Source: Schizosaccharomyces osmophilus
Taxonomy: Eukaryota
Length of the DNA: 64,000 nt
Direction of reading: 5' to 3'
Assembly: GCF_027921745.1 (NCBI RefSeq)
Contig: NC_079239.1
Location: 3,410,001-3,474,000 of the forward strand
The notes beneath the pieces are model-generated. The model did no database searches. It had not been told where the DNA came from and saw only the letters and a program-made list of their open reading frames with translations. Shown in pieces: positions 60,570 through 64,000 of this stretch. Numbering within the stretch: position 1 is the stretch's first letter; every line of letters starts with the position of its first letter. The position numbers and the translations under genes were made by a program.

Positions 60570-61141
60570 TTATTTCAAGCGAGTTAAATAAAAATAATAC
60601 GTACTTTCCGTACCAAACATTTTAGGTGATTCCATTGCTCCAGCAACCATGTCGTCTGTTATAAAACGAAAATGGTCAAAAATTGGCTTTTCGTCATAAA
60701 TCATTGATGTTGAGGTCACATCGCGAAATATCATTTCCCGTAGCTACAATGTAATAACACATTAGTTTGATGACTACTAATAATAAAATGATTGAACTTA
60801 CAGAGGCGTGACCCCAGTCCTTGTTCCACACCCGATGACCCTTGTCATTATAAATAAGGATAGGGTCACCATCATCAATAGACCGAAATGCCTTGCCAGC
60901 CCAGCGCATATCTTCAAGGTATTTATGGCCAATATGGCCGGTGTCAAAGTCTCCACCAGTCCACTCACCAATCATGAACGACGGTGAGACTGGTTTGAGC
61001 TTGTCGAATATTGTCTCAACATCCTTTTCAGGAATATGTCCCGTGACCCTTGTTAAATCAAAAAACTTCTTCTCTGGACTGCAAAATGTCAGCTGAATTG
61101 ATTAAATCTAATATTCAAGTTCTAAAGACTTACGCAATCAT
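60570..61141 (-). CDS. GXWXG + DUF4334 domain protein (152 aa, 3 exons)
   Basis: Exons 61141-61134, 61078-60802 and 60743-60570 join in frame. IGEWTGG.FDTGH...RWAGKAF and SMIYDEKPIFDHFR...VAGAM...YYFYLTR motifs. Confidence 0.85.
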
Positions 61142-61979
61142 TTTGCAAAGTTAATAATTCCAACAGTAGGATTTTTTTGTTACGCTATACGACACACCTT
61201 CAAAATAGTAGTAGAAAGAAAGAGATAGAAAGAGAAAGAATAAATGAATGAAAAAGTTTGGTTAGTTACTATGACGCTCTCCTAATTATTCATCAATGCT
61301 AGTGTTCCTTTTTGGTTGAAATTGACAGACTTTTAAACAAGGAAAGCTTCTTGTTGGCCTTTCAATGCAGGTTTGGTTGATACGAGGAAGAAAGAAAATC
61401 GCCAAGGTAAAAAGTGGTATTAGACATTATCGTATGTATCACTATATTAGTAACAGTGTCATCATAATTGGATTTCCGTCCTCCTCTTATTATACGGAGT
61501 ACTACACTATAGAAAAAATGCATATCGCGAGAAAATCATGCCTTTATGCCTATAAATGTAGCTAGCAATGTATACTAAACATGATCTTTGTGTTGTATTC
61601 CGTCTCGTTAATTCTATTTCGTTAGCCAGATTGAATATGGAGGGATGTTTACTAGTAAGAACGAGACTTCTGAGCTTAATAGTAAGTGTTGTTAAATTCG
61701 GATGCCAAGGGTGAAACGAATGATGCCCCGGTCGTATAAAAAATAATTTTTCGTTTACCAAATGCAAATGCCTAGTGACAAGCGAGATAAGTACATATAT
61801 GACGAACGATACTACATAAGTTTAGTGGCTTTTCGTGAGTAAAAGTGGTATCGAATGTAAAAAGAACTTACTACTACTGTTTTATTGACTTTTGCCATAC
61901 AACAACAAAGAATTCTACGTCCGTCTAACTTTTGGAATTCTCTCATTTTGGACTCTCATTACATGAATAACTAAATCTA

Positions 61980-62222
61980 TGCCAAGTGGAATCGTTACAT
62001 TTACCCTTGACAGATTTTTCTGGACAAAATACAAATCTTCTCAGTAAGGATGTGGTCAATGCATGTATAGAATGGGGATTTTTCATGGTGAAAAGCCATG
62101 GATTTGATATAGAACAGACAGCGATGGAGTTTTTCAATTTACCTTTTGAGGAAAAGAGAAATTTCCTGTTCAAAGGGGGAGAATTGCAAGCAGGGGTATT
62201 CAATACGTATTTTTTTGGGTGA
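61980..62222 (+). pseudogene. N-terminal (DIOX_N) fragment of a 2OG-Fe(II) oxygenase
   Basis: LPLTDFS...VVNACIEWGFFMVKSHG...EFFNLPFEEK, after which the sequence degenerates. Confidence 0.7.
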
Positions 62223-62830
62223 AAAGTTGTTTTCAGATGATCCATCAACTGGAGCTATAAAGGAACTTTATGACCTAGCAAGATTTTCTCACTCAAATCC
62301 CAGCGTTATTAGTCCATCCAATTGACAAATGATTGCTTATTCTGTAATTCCCAACTTGTATTATCCTATTATCCTATTATCCTATAACCCAAATGTCCGA
62401 TGAACAGGATGGTAAAAATGCAGACAAAAACTGTCCGTAAATATAAAGAAACAAGGTTGAATGACAGTCAAGCTCAGCATGGTTCACCAACGTAAAAAGG
62501 AAAAACGACATGAATATTGCGAGTAATGAACCAGAATAATTAGCGATTTAAATCTGTAGTATTGCTGATGTCCTTGGATTTTTACGAATGGGGATTTCTT
62601 TTTCTTTTTATACATTCTTTGCAAAGAGTAGATGCAAGTCTACATTGAGTTGCAAAATTTTAGACTGGTTGAATTAGAAAACAGTTGGATGTGTTCTGAT
62701 AACAAAAGTTTAGACCATTAACAAAGATATAAAAGTAAAGAAAAGAATTAGGGTGTTTTCATTATGGTTAAAACTTATAATTACCAAAATGATTGTTCCA
62801 AAAAAAAAATAAATAAATATCAAACTTATA

Positions 62831-63684
62831 ATGTCCGCCTGTACCATTACCATTATCTTTTCTCCCTATCATGTTGGCCTTGGTGATCACCGTGTGAGCA
62901 ATGGTCCGAACGGAATTCGATCGCTGGGATTAGTGAAAAACTAGAACGACTGGGTGCCAAGATTGAGTTGAAGGAAATCAATCGCGTGGACGAATTCGAG
63001 GATGAAATCGGCCACAGAATTGAGATTTTGCGTCGTACATCGATTGCAGCTACCGAGGCCGTCACCAAGGATACGTTTCCCCTTATTATTTTTGGCAACT
63101 GGATGGCTATCTCTGTTGTCGCGTGTGCGCTGAAAATCAAGGATTTAGCGTTCATTTACTATGATGCTCATAACGATCTTGACCCTCCTGATGTCCACGA
63201 GAACGGCTATGTTAATCCATGGATTTGTCCATACTCAAAGGTGAAAGTTGGAAGACGTTAATGAAAAGTGTGCCGGTATTTGAGCCATTTGACTATCTCC
63301 GTTCCTATATTGTGGTCTACGCGATCAATCCAGGGTTCAGCGAAACGCGTAATTGGTGCTGGCAAAAAAAATATTTGAGGTGACACCTCAAGGAAAGTGG
63401 ATTTCATCCGCGAGCTCATTACCCAACTTGAACGGCGGTCATACAGTCCGGCTCTGGTTCATATCGATTTGGATGTCTTGGAAGAGTCACGCGGAAAAGT
63501 TAACGATTATTCATCTTCTGGTGGTTTGTTTGAATCTGACTTGATCGTCTGCATGAACTTGATACCCAAGAGGTATACCCCCAAATCACTTACGGTGAGT
63601 TCGTTTGACCCCGATGCTGGTGACGGTGACAAGATTGTTCAGATTGCAATTCGCGCTATCAATACCTTTGTCCAGTCGTTGTAA
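62831..63684 (+). pseudogene. arginase-family (ureohydrolase) pseudogene
   Basis: SPYHVG....VSNGP, FPLIIFGN, YYDAHNDL and LVHIDLDVL...GGL motifs across several frames with frameshifts. Confidence 0.8.
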
Positions 63685-63987
63685 TCATTGATGAAATTGG
63701 TATTTTGATCAAAAGCTAGAACGGTTGGGAGTGAGGAACGTCTTGCATACTAGCTATCGAGACCATCTCCTTAAGAATGGGATGGCTTTAATAAATATAT
63801 ATTATATAAAGGAAAGAAAGAAACATATTTCTTTTTCCTTTTAGTCGGGGATTTTACCAGGATTACTGGCCTAGTTAAACAGAAGCGTCACTTATTCATC
63901 AACGCTAGCAGGCCCTTTTGGTTCAACCTGTTGGACCTAAAAGAAAATTTTGGAAAAGAAAGAAAAAGGAACGTTAAAAGTTGAAAG

Positions 63988-64000
63988 AGCCCACAGCACC
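63988..64000 (-). rRNA. probable 3' end of another 5S rDNA copy running off the window
   Basis: AGCCCACAGCACC follows an A-rich stretch, matching the start of the other minus-strand 5S copies. Only 13 nt are visible. Confidence 0.45.

Noticed and set aside
1..64000. CRISPR arrays or prokaryotic defence systems
   Set aside because: The sequence is eukaryotic, with spliceosomal introns and no regularly spaced direct repeats.

Overview
Eukaryotic (fungal) DNA, almost certainly a non-pombe fission yeast of the Schizosaccharomyces octosporus/osmophilus group. This is inferred from S. pombe-like proteins, 5S rRNA and intron signals, and from 5S-linked 5-exon wtf genes. The left half (1-29 kb) is mostly intact metabolic and transport genes: esterase, fbp1, PhzF/Aes1-like, Iml2-like, GT34 galactosyltransferase, pyruvate decarboxylase, Pgt1-like OPT, sulfonate dioxygenase, two MFS transporters, agmatinase and an NAD(P)-binding protein. 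It begins with the 3' part of a previously fragmented multi-exon wtf-like gene. The right half (29.6-64 kb) is a fast-evolving accessory region. It holds two apparently intact 5-exon wtf poison-antidote meiotic-driver genes in a ~2.5 kb duplication anchored on insertion-bearing 5S rDNA pseudocopies, a divergently transcribed wag-like partner gene with a 5-bp frameshift, and a decayed 5S-wag relic. It also holds a Kex2-processed 10-Cys secreted toxin-like protein, two budding-yeast-like old yellow enzymes, two tRNAs, an intron-containing GXWXG/DUF4334 gene and many pseudogenes. All exon structures were worked out by hand and no database searches were run.
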